Below are positions 39,845 through 53,404 of a DNA stretch of 64,000 bases, one piece after another. The position numbers and the translations under genes are program-made. The stretch spans positions 40,114,001 through 40,178,000 of the forward strand of contig OX597825.1 in assembly GCA_951406725.2 (NCBI GenBank), given 5' to 3'. The notes beneath the pieces were generated by a model, which was not told where the DNA came from, searched no databases, and was given only the letters and a program-made list of their open reading frames with translations. Position 1 is the stretch's first letter; each line of letters begins with the position of its first letter. The stretch is from Octopus vulgaris. Taxonomy: Eukaryota.

Positions 39845-40064
39845 CCCTTTAGCATTTAAACTGGTCATCTCCGACCCACATATTCTAAACGTTCCAACTT
39901 CAAACTGGCCAGACATTGCCTCTCACACATACCCAAAAATATTATTCTAAAAATACACAATCAGGTCATTGAAATCTTAAAGCCATGAGATAATGCATGA
40001 TTTATTCAAATCAATATGAATAAATGAGAATTACGTTTGACATAAAATTCCGAATCCTAAAGTG
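39845..40064. mobile_element. piggyBac-type MITE (220 bp)
   Basis: TTAA|ccctttagcatt ... aatcctaaagtg|TTAA: TTAA TSD and imperfect CCC-starting TIRs. Confidence 0.75.
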
Positions 40065-40094
40065 TTAAACATTTTTCGTCAGCTATTGTATATT

Positions 40095-41030
40095 GGTGGA
40101 AGGCTTAGCGGCATGTGTACTCAGCTCACGAACGTAAGATTGTGAGTTTGGTTCCTGGCAGTATGCTGTGCCATTGATCAAGACACTTTGTTTCATGTCG
40201 GTGGCAAATGTAATTTGTACGGGTATTTCAAAAGGGCCAGCCTTGTCCCATTCTGTGTGACACTGAATCTCCCTTAGAATTACTGTAAGAGTACGCATGT
40301 CTCTGGAGCATTCAGACTCTTGCACATTAATTGTACGAGCAAGCTATTCCATTGATCGGATCGACTAGAGCACTTGTTATCATAACGGATAGAGGGTTTT
40401 CATAGGAGCGAAGGAATATGGCAAAGTACTTTGAGAGTTCACTTGCCATTGTAAAATATTGAGTTCAATTCACGGCGGCTCGTTGTGTCCTTGAGCAAGA
40501 CACATTTCCCCCCTTACCTGGCAAGAAAGAGGTGTACCTACCATTTTTTCAAATTGTGTGTCATGCTAAATATCCCTGCGAACTATATTATTAATGGTAT
40601 ACGTGTCAGTAAAGTGCGCAGACTTTCATATTAGATTCATGGGCAAGCTGCTTTATTGATCGGATCGACAGGAACACATGTCATCATAAATGATGGAGTG
40701 TTTTCATAGAAATGAAGGCGCATGGCGTAGTGTTTTGGGCATTCATCTTACAATTGTAAGGCCTTGAGTTTGATTCCAGGTACTGCACTGTGTCCTTGAT
40801 CAAGACACATTATTTCTCGTTGCTCCAGCCCATTCAGCTGACAAAACTGAGTTGTAACTGTAGTTTAAAGAGCCGTCTTTGCTATATTGTTGTCATGCTG
40901 AATCTCCCTAAGAAATCCGATACATGAGAAAGCATGAGTATGTGGAGTGCTCAGCCACTTGTATGTTAATTTCATCAGCAGGGTTTTCCATTGTTCAGAT
41001 CAACTGAAACATTGTAGCAGACAGAGCGTC
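40095..41030 (+). mobile_element. Three head-to-tail diverged copies of SINE family A (~305 bp period); a fourth partial copy lies at 41147-41300
   Basis: Each unit has tgtg(t/c)c(c/a)ttga(g/t)caagacac and ends near ttg(a/t)tc(g/a)gatc. Both internal junctions read ttttcatag. Confidence 0.8.
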
Positions 41031-41473
41031 AATATGTACGTACGTATGCATTTAGGGATCCATGCATACATGTATGTATGTATGTATGTATGTATGTATG
41101 TATGTACGTATGTATGTATGTACGTACGTCCGTATGTATGTATATATGACAGCGCTTGGATTATTGGTTAGGGTATTCGGCTCACCATCTTAAGGTTGTG
41201 AGTTCGATATACAGTGGTGCATATTATCGTAGAGCAAGATACGTCATTTCACGTCGGTGCAGTCCTCTCAGATACTAAGAAAAGGTGCCAGCCTTGTCAT
41301 GCTAGCTGTTTATATTAACTTTTACTATACGCATTACCATTTCGTTTAATCAGCCATAATTTTTTATAGTAAAAACACATATACTGGCAGGTAGATTTAG
41401 CTGATGATGCCTAGGAAATCAGTGTAGTCAAGTGATTGTAGAGACTTTCATGCGACTCGTACCGCTCCTCTCA

Positions 41474-41505
<32 letters not shown>

Positions 41506-42124
41506 CCAAATTCACACCGGATTTTTGCGTTCTTGTCCCATTTGGTATTTATTCATATATATATATATATATAGCGGCGTAGTACATTTTGGTATCTTAT
41601 ATGTAAGTATACATTTTAAAAAATCGTGTACGACTTTATTTATTTCTATCAGCCCTTTCACGCTTATTCGTTCATTCCGTTATTCGTTCTTTCGTTCCCC
41701 ATTATTCACATTTCTTTGTCTTCTCTTCTTGCTCACTTTCCCGCCACTTTTCACTTCACTGTGTCCCTATCATTATTCCTCGCTCCGCCTTAATTCTTTT
41801 GTCCCTCTGCTTCTACTTCTCTCCCTTCTCTTTCCACGTGACCGACGTTCGGCCAAGCATGTTCTTTCTTTCTTGGTCTGGTTGTTGCCGAGGCAACATC
41901 GTTATTCCCCCTGTATCTCTGAAAACTTATATCCCTGCCGTAAGGCTTCATTTCCACACACGCCAGCTTAATTTAATTCATCCTTAGTCGAAAGACACCT
42001 GTTGTTATGTCATCTTAGTATTTTTATTGTAAATGTGTTACATTGTCCATTTCTTTCGTCCTTGTTTTTGCATACATTCGCAGCTTTCGTCCAAGGAATC
42101 TAATGCTCTTATCTTAGTTTTTCC

Positions 42125-42440
42125 TTGGGGCGTTAGAAAACGCATTAGTAACCATGTATCATCTTTCAGATTATGTCATAAAGCTGATAGCACCACTCTT
42201 TCAAGTAAAATTTCAGAACTAAAAAACAATAATATCAAATATAACCGTAATTGAGAATTAGTTAGAAGAGCGATACCTTATAAAAATAGCAGAGTAGGTT
42301 GTCAACTTTGCTCCGTGGAAACATTTGAAATACTAATGTATAGAAAAAAATAATGATATTTTATTGAACAGCAGGATTGAACTGGGTTTGCTCTTGTATC
42401 CACGCTAGGACTAAGACTCTTAAATATTTTAAATGATATT
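42125..42440 (+). mobile_element. Penelope-like element C-terminal GIY-YIG region (probably Naiad-type), degenerate
   Basis: RKRISNHVSSFRLCHKADSTTLSSKISELK..N*ELVRRAIPYKNSRVGCQLCSVETFEIL..LLNSRIEL..SCIH matches the KxRxxNHxxSF..STxLS..W.LK..W..CxLCxxE..LNxRxE..CxH pattern. Confidence 0.75.
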
Positions 42441-43440
42441 TTAAATGATAATGGTATATATAAAAAATCACCTTGAATAAAACATTACTCTTACATATTA
42501 TATTATATATTTAATTAGACAGCTGCGATCTAATTAGCTTTGATTATATTCTCTCTCTAACTAGACTAGGTGATACTTATAGATATAAATTAATTGATTT
42601 AAAACTTCATTCTATTAGACTATGTAGATAACTTAAATTATTTCTTTCTAATTTTTAGTCTATCTTAAGTAAACCTACTAATAGTAAATTAGTTAATTAA
42701 ACTTCTTAGTTCTTTTACACTAATAACAAATTTTGCTAATCCCAAACCTATAATATAACGGTTTAATTAGGAAAAATAACTCTATTTCCTTTCTTCTGAC
42801 CTCTTATTGTATCCCCATAACGTGGCAATCTATTAATAGTAACATTAATAAATAAAGAAATAAATTAAATGACCTTCGTTCGAATTTTGCACCAAATACG
42901 CTAAGATGTTTTCCTATAGTAACAACCTCTGACACCCCTTTTCACCTTCCCATTTCCTCTTTATATAGCAATTAATAGCAGTAGTTGGTCAAATTCAACA
43001 TTCTTCCTTTAGCTCTATGGTTCTTGCAGATTTCTATAGCAGCCTGTTCGTCTCCACTATAAGACGGTCGCTACGCTTCTTCCTCGGATTATAACACAGC
43101 AGTTTTCAGAAATTTCGCACAAATGTATCCAAAATATCTTCACACATCTTGAATCACACTTTACTATGAACTATTTATGGACAAACACATATTCTGTGAG
43201 TACGATACCTCTCATCAGATCTCCAGGAATCAAACTTTCTTCAATATGGATAAACTCACACCCTCACTTTCATCTTCACTTTCTGGAAAACTAAGAGGTT
43301 TTGAAAAATTTTTTTAAAACCTGATATATGACTGTGTAATACTAATTGAACTTTTAGAAACCAATTTGTTAACTAGATCTCATTTTTATAGAACTTTCCA
43401 TGATGTTTCACGAGTGTAACATTACCCCCTTTGATGTTTG

Positions 43441-43559
43441 GGAATCTCGGATGTTTTTTCGGCTGATGAGTACGAGTCACCTATATTTACTGCAATTTTT
43501 GTAGCCTTATTAAAGATGTCTTCGTACGAAACAATTGTACCGATATATTGATCCATTCT
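43441..43559 (+). ncRNA. Intact type I hammerhead ribozyme
   Basis: Stem I UCGG(43459-62)/CCGA(43540-43), extended by GGAU/AUCC and GAAU/AUUC. Core CUGAUGA at 43463-69. Stem II GUACGAG/UUCGUAC. GAAAC at 43528-32. Palindromic stem III ACAAUUGU. Cleavage triplet GUA, cut after 43539. Confidence 0.88.
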
Positions 43560-43572
43560 TGTTGCTTTTTTC

Positions 43573-43617
<45 letters not shown>

Positions 43618-43732
43618 CATATATATATATATATATGCATACATATATATATATACATATATAATATAGATGTATATATATATATATATATATATAAATG
43701 TGTGTGTGTGTGTGTGTGTATGCATATATATA

Positions 43733-45333
43733 TTAGACCGTACCAAGATTATGCAAAATTATAAAACCGTTGCTTAGTCATTAGGGTTCGGACTTTTTTA
43801 TTTGTTTGAAAGAAAATAATTTCCTGTTTCAAAAGTTGATTAGGAATATTACATAAGTAGGTAAAATAATCTTTATTTTAAGTCGACAATTATCTCAAGA
43901 TAGAATCAATGATGTCTAGACTCATTCCCAAAACTGGTATTTACAGATCGACTATCAACGAAGCCCTAAAAGTAAAAAAGAAAAAAGAAGAAAACACCAC
44001 ATTTAGGAAACTGACCATTGCCTTTTAGTAGTAAACATTTTGATGACCAAGAATATCAATTGCTAGTTTCAAAGATTGTTAAGTTAGAAGCACTCCAATT
44101 ACCAAACGGAAAAGCCGATACTGTTGTGAATGGAATAACAGCTGTTTTAGATGAAATCAATTTATGCAACTGTGTAAAGATGTTTGTCGCTGATACAACC
44201 TGTTTTATCTTTGGGAAAAGAAATGGCATTGTCATTCAGATGCAAGGGATGTTTGCTCAAAAGGACTTGAAATAACCGCAATTTATTATTTTTTTCAGCA
44301 TCAAATTCTTGATAGAGTTCTCTCTGTTGTAATGGATAAAGAAATTGGAGAAAAAAGACATCTCCCAATAATGAATATACATTAATTCTAGAGCTTCTCC
44401 AGGCTTATTTCAACAATGGTGAAGAAAACATTCCTGAATCAGGAGGATAGTGAAATAACATGAAATATATATTTCATTGAACCAGAGGTTTTCGCTTCTT
44501 TGAAGAAACTGGCGAATTTCTCACGGCAATGTTTCAGTAATGCAAGATGGAATTCTCGAGCAATAGTAGCTCTTTGGGCATTTATTCTTCTTCCAGAGAA
44601 AAGAGTTTTGCTTCTCGATGTTTGTCGATTCATCTCTTACAGCTGGGAAGAGTTGTCTTTTACTTACAAACTGTTGAATACTTATGATTTTCAGAAGGTA
44701 TGTGGTAGCCTGCAAGTTCATAAAAATGCATTGAACCTTGTAAAAATCTTTTGGAGTCGAGAACCATTGAAACTGGAAATACCCAGAACAAAGCAAAGTG
44801 CAGAACGAGCAAGTGGCTTCAAAATCTTTCTGATGCTTGTCAAAAGAAGGAGAACCTTCAGTTTCGATTTATTATATCTAACAAAGCAAGAATTCTTTGT
44901 TATGTTTAAAAATGTGCTAACATTCGGCAGTCTTTTTGTTATACAGTTCTTTGAAATTGGAATTAAACCTATAAAGTAAATATATGCATTATTTTTAATT
45001 GTGTATGTTATCGAAAGCTTGAAGTGGCATCTGTCTTAAAATAGCCTAGTTGTGAACCTTTGCATAGAGCAATTTCAATTTAGATATCTTAAGAATGTAT
45101 AAATACATTTGTAGTCCACATCTCTCTCGCGCTTACAAGGATTTAGACATCGTAAAGTGTGAATCTAGTGCCACCTCGTAATTATAGTTTTATAAGCCAA
45201 TAATACTGAAACTACTTCAACTAGAAAGTTGAAATTTCAGATATACTATTTCTGCACTATTGTGAGCATATTAAGTTTCGTACAAACCTGAGCGGCGTTA
45301 TGAATCGTCACCAACACTTTTGCAAGTTTTGGG
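43733..45333 (+). mobile_element. Degenerate hAT-superfamily (hATm-like) DNA transposon
   Basis: Peptide remnants LPNGKADTV..MFVADTT..GKRNG, NARWNSRAI and IPRT..SAERA supply the DTT, RW and E signatures. Partial TIR similarity between ttagaccgtaccaagattatgcaaaa and ttttgcaagttttgg. Confidence 0.6.
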
Positions 45334-45349
45334 TTAAAAGGGGTAATCT

Positions 45350-46837
45350 ATTTCTTAAGTTCGGGGTGACGTTGTTTTCAAATAAAGCAAAACAAACGTA
45401 AGTTTCCTAACATTTACAAAATTATTCACAGAATTGCAGTAAAGGGTTATTAGGTTGTGAAAAATCATAACGTTTGTGGTTGTATGGCTGGTCACTCTGT
45501 ACAATTTTGTTTAATAATCGAGCATTGTCACACATTAATTCGCTATGGAAAAGAATCGTAGTATCAGCTAAGTTAATAGATCAAAGATCATGTTGCTTCA
45601 TCAGCAAAATGTGTCCTTCGTGAAACATTAGGAAGCAATTATGATGCAACAAAACGGCTTGCGTTCAAGCATAGAAGCTTTACAAAGCCACTGGCTAATA
45701 CAAAGCTCGGCAAAGAACGGGTTCTCCGAGAAAAAGACAACAGTCCAGATGGATTGGTGAATTAATAGGCTATCTGAAGGAAAATAAATATTTACAGCAG
45801 TGGACATTTGCAAGCAATTATCTAATGAAACTGACACCAGCTTTGCACCACAAACTGTCAGAAACAGCCTAACAGAATTTGGACTGTTCTGCCGGATGGC
45901 TCGAATGAAGCCGATAATCTCTGCGACAAACCGGTGGAAGCGGATCATATTTGATACAAGCTATTTTGAATGAACGGCCCAAGACTGATCAAAAGTTATC
46001 AGGAGCGACCAATCCCACTTCTGCATCTTTCGATCAGACTTTAAGACTTATGTTAGATGCCGTCCAAATGAAGAATTACATTATGTGAAGACAATGGCGC
46101 ATGCGGGAGGTAGGGGTAATAGTGTGGGCCGTGTTCAGCAGCTTAGGTGTTCGTCCAATTGTTAAGATTGATTGCAGACTGAACAGTGTAGGATATCTGC
46201 AATTCGTAAATGAAAATCTACCGCCAAATTTAAATAATCAGATACCAATGGGATCTATTTTCCAGCGGAACAATTGCCCCGTTTGTAAGGCCAGAGAAAA
46301 ATCGCATTATATTGGCGAAATAATATGGTGGTTATTGAGGGGCATCTGCAGAGCCCGGATTTGAGTCCGATAGGAAATTTATGGAATTATGTTTCTAAAA
46401 GAGTCCCTGCTAAAAAACAACAATTTTTTTCTAATTATATAATCTTATAGAAGAAATATTGCAGAACATTCCAATTGACTTTTGTACTTATTTGGCGTAC
46501 TCCATGAACCGCCGTTGTAAGGCCGTAATTCAAAATAATGGCGATGGAACTAGATATTAAAAACATCTTTTTTTTGTTGAACATTTATGCCGTAAATTTT
46601 CAATTTAGACAAAATAAATTATACACACATTTGGCTGAAAAATTCTAATCATTTGAATTAATTGCGCATTAAAATTATTCAAATTATATAAATAATTCTA
46701 ACACCTATATGATTCAAAAGAGAAAACATTTCTACATAAACTGTAAAAGTTTAAATAATTTAATACAGTTTTGTTAGAAATAAATTAATGAAGGAACAGA
46801 ACTGTCATCATCTGTCTTGAGCTTATTTTGGCCAGTG
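45350..46837 (+). mobile_element. Degenerate Tc1-like transposon
   Basis: Remnants SDQSHFCIFRSD..VRCRPNE, GVIVWAVFSSLGVRPIVKID..LNSVGY, IFQRNNCPV and QSPDLSPIGNLW. Right end ttttggccagtg|TA is typical of Tc1 TIRs. Confidence 0.75.
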
Positions 46838-46843
46838 TATATA

Positions 46844-48030
46844 TTAGGTTGTCTTACATGAAATATCTTAAAGGGGTTTCTTATGAGTCATCTATGAATG
46901 GATTTTAATGAGCTTCTATGTATATGCATGTGTTTAATCTTAACTATTTGCTTCCTAGGCAATACTATTATTCAAAATTGCTACCCATAGTTCTTGTGAC
47001 AATGTTGAAAACTGAACAATACCGAGTGATTTTCTTGTACAGATAGAAGTTGGGCCACTCTGCCACCGAAGATTTACGAAACATCAAGCGGGCTCTTGGT
47101 AACGATTCTCTTGATATTAGAACTGTTCAGAGATGGTTTCAAAGATTTCAGTCAGGAAATGAAAGCGTTAAAAAGGAATCAAGGGGCAAAACAAAATCAA
47201 TTATTCGGCATGAGTAAATGAACGTTTGGTTAAGCGAAATTCGAGAACAACTGTCTGAAATCTCGGATCAGAGCTCCAGATATCTCCAGCAACTGGTTCA
47301 TGACATTTGAAGAAAATTGGAAAAGTCAAACAGATGGATAGGTTTCTTCCACATCAATGAGATTCGAAGAATCTCATTGTTGATTTCTCGATTGGAAAAT
47401 GAGCGATTTTAGTATCGACTCATTACGTGTGATGAGAAATGGATGCTCTTTGATAACAGCAGGAGAACAGAACAGTGGTTCGATGCAGGTGAGTCACCAA
47501 AAACCAACCTTTGTATCCCTAAACAGTTTATGATCACTGTATGGTGACGACAAAGGCGGTCATTCATTATTCATTTTTGCAACAAGGAAAACTGTAATAG
47601 CAACATCCTATTGTCAGGAAATTGATAGTATGCATGAAAAACTCAAAAAGAAGCAGTCCACATTAGTAAACAGAGATGAGCCAATTTTGCTTCTTGATAA
47701 TGTAAGGCCTCACTCTTTTCAAGCTCCGATCTACAAGCTGCAAAGCCTGAATTATGAAATTTTGACACATCCTCCTTATTCTTCTGATATCCTTCCTACA
47801 GCTTATCACATATTTAAACAAGTCGAGTTAAGTAAAGAAGAATTGAAGCATTCGAAAAATTTATCAGTGTAAAATATGACGATTTCTTTGAAAATCGAAT
47901 ATATGCGTTAGAGGAACGTTGGATGAAGGTCATAAATGAATAAGGGTCATATTTTGATTAAATAAATAAATATTCTAAAACTTTAAAATATGTTAATGTC
48001 TTCTTTTGCAAATGTGACCTTTCATATGTA
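46844..48030 (+). mobile_element. Degenerate mariner transposon (Hsmar/SETMAR-like)
   Basis: TA|ttaggttgtc start. Peptides IRTVQRWFQRFQSGNES, ITCDEKW, LLLDNVRPH and HPPYSSDILPTAYHIF. Confidence 0.82.
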
Positions 48031-48035
48031 TATAT

Positions 48036-48821
48036 TGTTACGAGAATGTATTTTCGTTTGGTATTTAGAGAGTGGATTTTCATTTAGGCATATAAATCGA
48101 AAATGCATCTATAGAATTTCCCATAAAATTACAACGGCATTTTCTCACAAAAAACAATAGTTGACTCCAGAGAAACTCAACACGGCCAATGCCAAGCCGA
48201 TTTATGTATTTTCCATTGTCTTCGGTGATATGACTCTGTTTCTCGCTATCATGCACTTATTATAAATACTAGAATTTCGTAAAGGAAAAAACAGTTGTGA
48301 AATGAGACGACCAGAGACACCCAGTGAGAGCTACGATAATAAAACTTTCACTACCACATCTTTCTCTAACAAATGTCCTTTTGTGTGTTTCTCCGCCGCT
48401 GCTTAAATAACAGACAGAAGGAAAGTATCATTCTGTCTTCCTCCTGAGCTCGCTGTCATTCTATCATCGTCCTCGTTTCTCTGTAGTGGCAGGTCAACTT
48501 AAAAACAGTACCAACAAACAAGAAGGTAAATAGAGTTACCTCCCTCTTGCTTTGATCAGCATGCTGAGAAGTTGGAACATACAAAGAAAATTTCGACCAC
48601 AATCTCCGACATTGAACTTTCTACGATCAAGAACTGACATTCTCAACCATTTTGTAACAGCTCTGTGCTTTGAACTCAGATATTTGAAACGGCTCTGCGG
48701 CTTGGACTCAAATATATAACAGCTTTATGCTGTCTTTGCTGTAAGTTTTTGCCATTTTTTTCAATGCATAGTTGAATCATACGGACCTGTTGTTCTATTT
48801 TTCCTTTCTCTACCCGTAACA
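48036..48821. mobile_element. Probable solo LTR (786 bp)
   Basis: Begins TGTTACG and ends CGTAACA (TG..CA, 7 bp terminal inverted repeat). Flanks atat/agat give a 3/4 TSD match. Short internal tandem repeats at about 48656-48735. Confidence 0.6.
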
Positions 48822-51800
48822 AGATAAAGACACACACTTATGCACGTGTGTGTGCATGTGTGTGTGTGTACACCTGACATCAAATCGCTCTGAAAGTCAT
48901 CAACACCCAGGACATATTGTATATTCGTAGCGTTTGTCTTTTGTAGCGTTTAAAGCATGTTGATGAATTCACAAGCATTGGTGTTGCACACGTTGTCTAT
49001 TTTCTGCGTTTTCACAATTTTAACATAACTGAGAATATATCTTATTTGTGAACATATCACATTGCTTCCATATATATATTTTGAGGAAGTTATTATAATT
49101 AAAATTACTTGAATATAACGTCGCTGGAAATGTTACATATGACGGCAATTGCTTTCCTGTTTTATATTCATTTGAAATGACAGTGCTAGAATTTCTGGCC
49201 TGCACTCATTTCATTGTAGCAATAATAAATGAGAAAAGAAAATTGAACAATGGATCGAATGCGATCATATATATATAATTTCATTTCAAATCTTGCAAGT
49301 ACAGACTATCAATGAAACAGGAATCAATAAGACATCGAAATCTGTTAAATTCGTCTCTGTGGTACAGAACCATGCCTCGTGAATATTTGAAATCAATATT
49401 TCATTGAATTAATGCACAAGCTAAAATTAGTATAGTGATAGACTGAACAATCATTAATCCCTCGTTTTAAGAAACATTAAAACGTAGAATCAGAAATAGT
49501 TTGCATTTTAATATCACGGTACATAGGGCCACTGGAATCCACATATGAATATTTTTGATTCACTTAAGTGAGCAGCAACACAATAGCTACATTTAAAGAG
49601 ATATATTACATTTTCTTGATATGATTTTGATCTACATCATTGCTTGATCTCCATCCATCGGGTCAAGGAATATCATTGATGTCTGTCAATGATATTCCTT
49701 CAATTTATTTAACTTTAATACGAACCAGTATGCAACGGGAACAGCAAAACTTCGTCTTTCAAAATATACGTAAAATTCCAAGTAGTAGTAAGATTACAGG
49801 TTGGAATGTGATTTGATGCCATACACATAGCATTGATAGTTTGTTATCTGCGTTCGCTGAGAGAGATAACCGACTAACCTTCATACCATAGTTACAAAGG
49901 AAATCCCGAATTTGAAAGTTAACAGAAAATAGTATTGTACAAGCACTACGATAATAGTGTTCTACGATAATAGTGTTTTGTACATGAAACCAACGGTTAT
50001 ATATAAGTGTCTGCACAATAACGTAATGTCTGGAGTTTTGACAGCGAGCAAAACACTGTAAACATTAGGCAACAATCCTTGCTTTTATTATAATACGTTT
50101 ATGAAACTTAAGTCTAAAATTTACGATTCTTTTACATATGTAAAATAAGTGAAGTGGAAATTATATCTATTTTACATGTAAAACACATAGCACAAATGAT
50201 AGAATTTTATTGCTGATGACATAACGATAATTGTCGGAAAGGAACAATCCAATGCACGATTTACCATCAAAATCAGCTTTGTCATTAGCAGTAGCACGTC
50301 ATGTACAGAAAATATTGAAGAAATATGACAACTGTAGAAAACAAAATGTAAATTCATACGCTGAAGTATAGATAGGAAAAGAATGATTGTCAAGATTACA
50401 TAGAATTGTGATGAATTTATTAGATTAAAAGAAAGGGATGAACTGAATAATGGAACAAAATAATATATACACTAGAGAATAAGTATCAACAAGAATTCTA
50501 AATTGTAACTTAGTAATTACGGTAGAATTATCTGAGAAAAATATTATTAGAAGAGGGGAAATGACTAATGAATAGTCAGAAACACCTGTAGCAACGGTAA
50601 TAACAACTCAAAAGCATCAATTGACAAGCAAGGTAAAATTTAGGTTCCAGCAATTCGCTGAAAGTAAAATGTATATTACGTTCATCATCCACTTACTTCG
50701 CCTGAGAATAACTTCTAGTGTATCAGTTCTTGACGTCCATTTTTACATTGATTTTTAATTCCTGGTTAGTGAGCGGAAAGGTAGTGTGATTTGATTAGCA
50801 ATGACGCAATGAGTGAAAGCGATTGAGAAGATAAGTATACATTTTGTACGAACTCAGTACCTTGTTTATATAGAATTTAACAAGAACCGCATCTCTATCA
50901 TGGGTAATATATTTGTATAACGGGTGTTAGGTGTATATACGGTCTAGATATACTGCGTAACACATAACTACAATTGTATCGTCACAAATTTTCTCTATAT
51001 CCTATCCAGATATTACCCACTTATTTTATCTTACTGGACTTTGTCAGAAGACGATAAACGTTTCTTAATATTTGCCGGATTACGACTCAACATGTTTTCA
51101 TTTATATATTTGAAAACACTGGCGAATGCACACTGACGTTCATTTAAGTTTCTGTAAACATTTGGACTCGAAACCAAAAGTTTCCTGTAAAAACCAATGT
51201 CTTATCTGAAAAACTACAATTTGTAAATACGCTGGGTCTACTATTTATGTTGGGGCAATTTTCACTGAACCTAGTAACCGATACTGTACTTGATCTGCAG
51301 AAAAAATATGTAAATAAGAGAGTTATATATTTTCTTTTCAGAAAGAATGGATTTAGAAAAAAATACAATAAATAATAGTGTAAGACTAATGAAATGAAAG
51401 AAATGAATATGGATGAGGTCGATTATGAAGGTTATAAGCAGTTCACAAAAGAATTAACATGAAGTGTCAACAGCGAGTTGATTACGTGAGTCAACATTGA
51501 GAGACGAAAAATTGCTAAGGAATAAAATAAACAAAAGACAGTGCAGAGAATAGCAGTAGTGAGAAAGTAATTCACTACAACTAGAAAAGCAAACGAAATA
51601 ATTTCAGCTCATAGCAGAAAAGTACTCAGATAAAAATTGGAATATAAAATGAGTTTCTGCTTCTATAATTAGATATCGAAATGTGTTTCCCTGTGATTAT
51701 TTAAACAATTTAAGCGCCATTGCGAAGGTAATTGATCATGGCAAAATAGGAAAATTATATTAGACCGTTGATATATTAGAAGAAACAACAGAATAGAAAG

Positions 51801-53404
51801 TAAAATCTGAAGCAAAAAGTGAAATGTTTTGTCTGTTTAAACTTTTGGGAACGACATGGATGTGAAGTACTGATTTTTTCCTCACCTATTACGTTAAAAT
51901 AAACTAAATCCGATATTTACCTAATCATCATATACATTTTTAACACTTTCACATGAAGGTTATGGAGATTACACAAAAACACTCACACATCACAAGCAAG
52001 AAAACTTAGATTATAAGGCAAAGAGAATCCAAGCAACCGAATAATGCATAGAGTCAGACAAGCGTAGGTGCGTGGCTGAAACAACAGAGAAATATAAAGT
52101 GTGAAAACAATGATCACAGAAATGTGCAATGAAGATAACAGAAACGAATCTAAGGTTCTGGGTGATAACCTGCATCAAAGGGAAGAGATATTGCTAAACC
52201 AATATAAAAAAGAATCTAGAAAGAATTTATGATGTGTATTTACAGAGAAGATCGACAGTTGAATGTTATTTGGAGAGGCTAGAAAGAAAAGTGTAGATAA
52301 TATACAGATTCGAGCAACGGTAAGCATAGAAGGAGCTCTAGAAACAAGCTCACGCTGCCGCGGTTAATGAACATGCCAGTGTATACTCAGATGATATTAA
52401 ATGTGTAATATTCCCATTTCAGTAACATTTCTTTTGTTTCAACGAATATACAATACGATTAGTAGTTGTTTTGAAAAAGTCATATGTTTAATATATACAG
52501 ATCTAAGTATGTTGATTTATTTACATATGTGTATAATCTAAAACAAAAACAATGCGGAATCGTACGCACAAACGCATGTGCTCTAGTGATATTAACGCAT
52601 AAACAGCATATAATGGTATGCGTTTGTATTTACTACTCGCGATGCGTGTGTCGTAAATTACAGTTATGAATTTTAAATATGCATGGCTATTGTGTTTTTG
52701 TCTCGTGGAATACGTTTGATGGTATGTTTATATGTATATAGAATATTTGAGTGTGCTTATCAGTGTATTATTATGGCCGTAAAATACTTATGACCATTTC
52801 TTTTTGAGAGTGTGTTGTGCTCCGTCTATATCAATGCATAGATGCGTGGGAGAGTGTATGTAATGTGTGAGTAGGCTGGCATATATTCAGACTGCTACCT
52901 TGAAGTGCAATGGATGACGTTTAAATGTGGTATGCTAGAGTGCATTCATGTTGTCGAGATCACCCTAGTTATACACTAAGCCGGAGAATGCCATGGCAGA
53001 AAATAAAGCGTTGTCGTCTTTGATACCAAGAAATGCAAATAGTTGATGTAAAATTACACATGATTAAGATATAGGAATTGACATGTGCGGTTGAATTCAG
53101 TTGTTGACCTAATGAAGCGTATTTTCACTCCCATACAAAATTGCGTTTCATGTCAAGGCATTGTAATGTATTACTTTTCCTCTGATTACAAAGGGTTTTT
53201 ATACTTGCCGAGATGATAGTTTCCTGAACTTAAACCAACCCATTCTTAGTCTTGCTACACTGCTTTCTGAATAAGCATACACACTGATAAATATTTATGC
53301 CCGGTAGCAAAATATATTGACTACTCCTGGATAGTGGCTCGAGCGTTGCATTCATTCTATTTTGCACGTGCTCCTCGTACATATTGCATTTGTGGACCCA
53401 CTCT

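Noticed and set aside
40095-41030. CRISPR-like or satellite array
   Set aside because: The units are ~305 bp SINE copies with no short repeat-spacer structure.
41500-42125. Pyrimidine-rich block abutting the PLE fragment (ORF 41525..41971)
   Set aside because: Probably a repeat or terminal region, but I could not define ends, motifs or family; the ORF is low-complexity.
42252-42254. In-frame TGA in the Naiad-like PLE as possible selenocysteine
   Set aside because: It falls at a conserved Trp position (TGG to TGA) in an ORF with other lesions, not at a Cys position.
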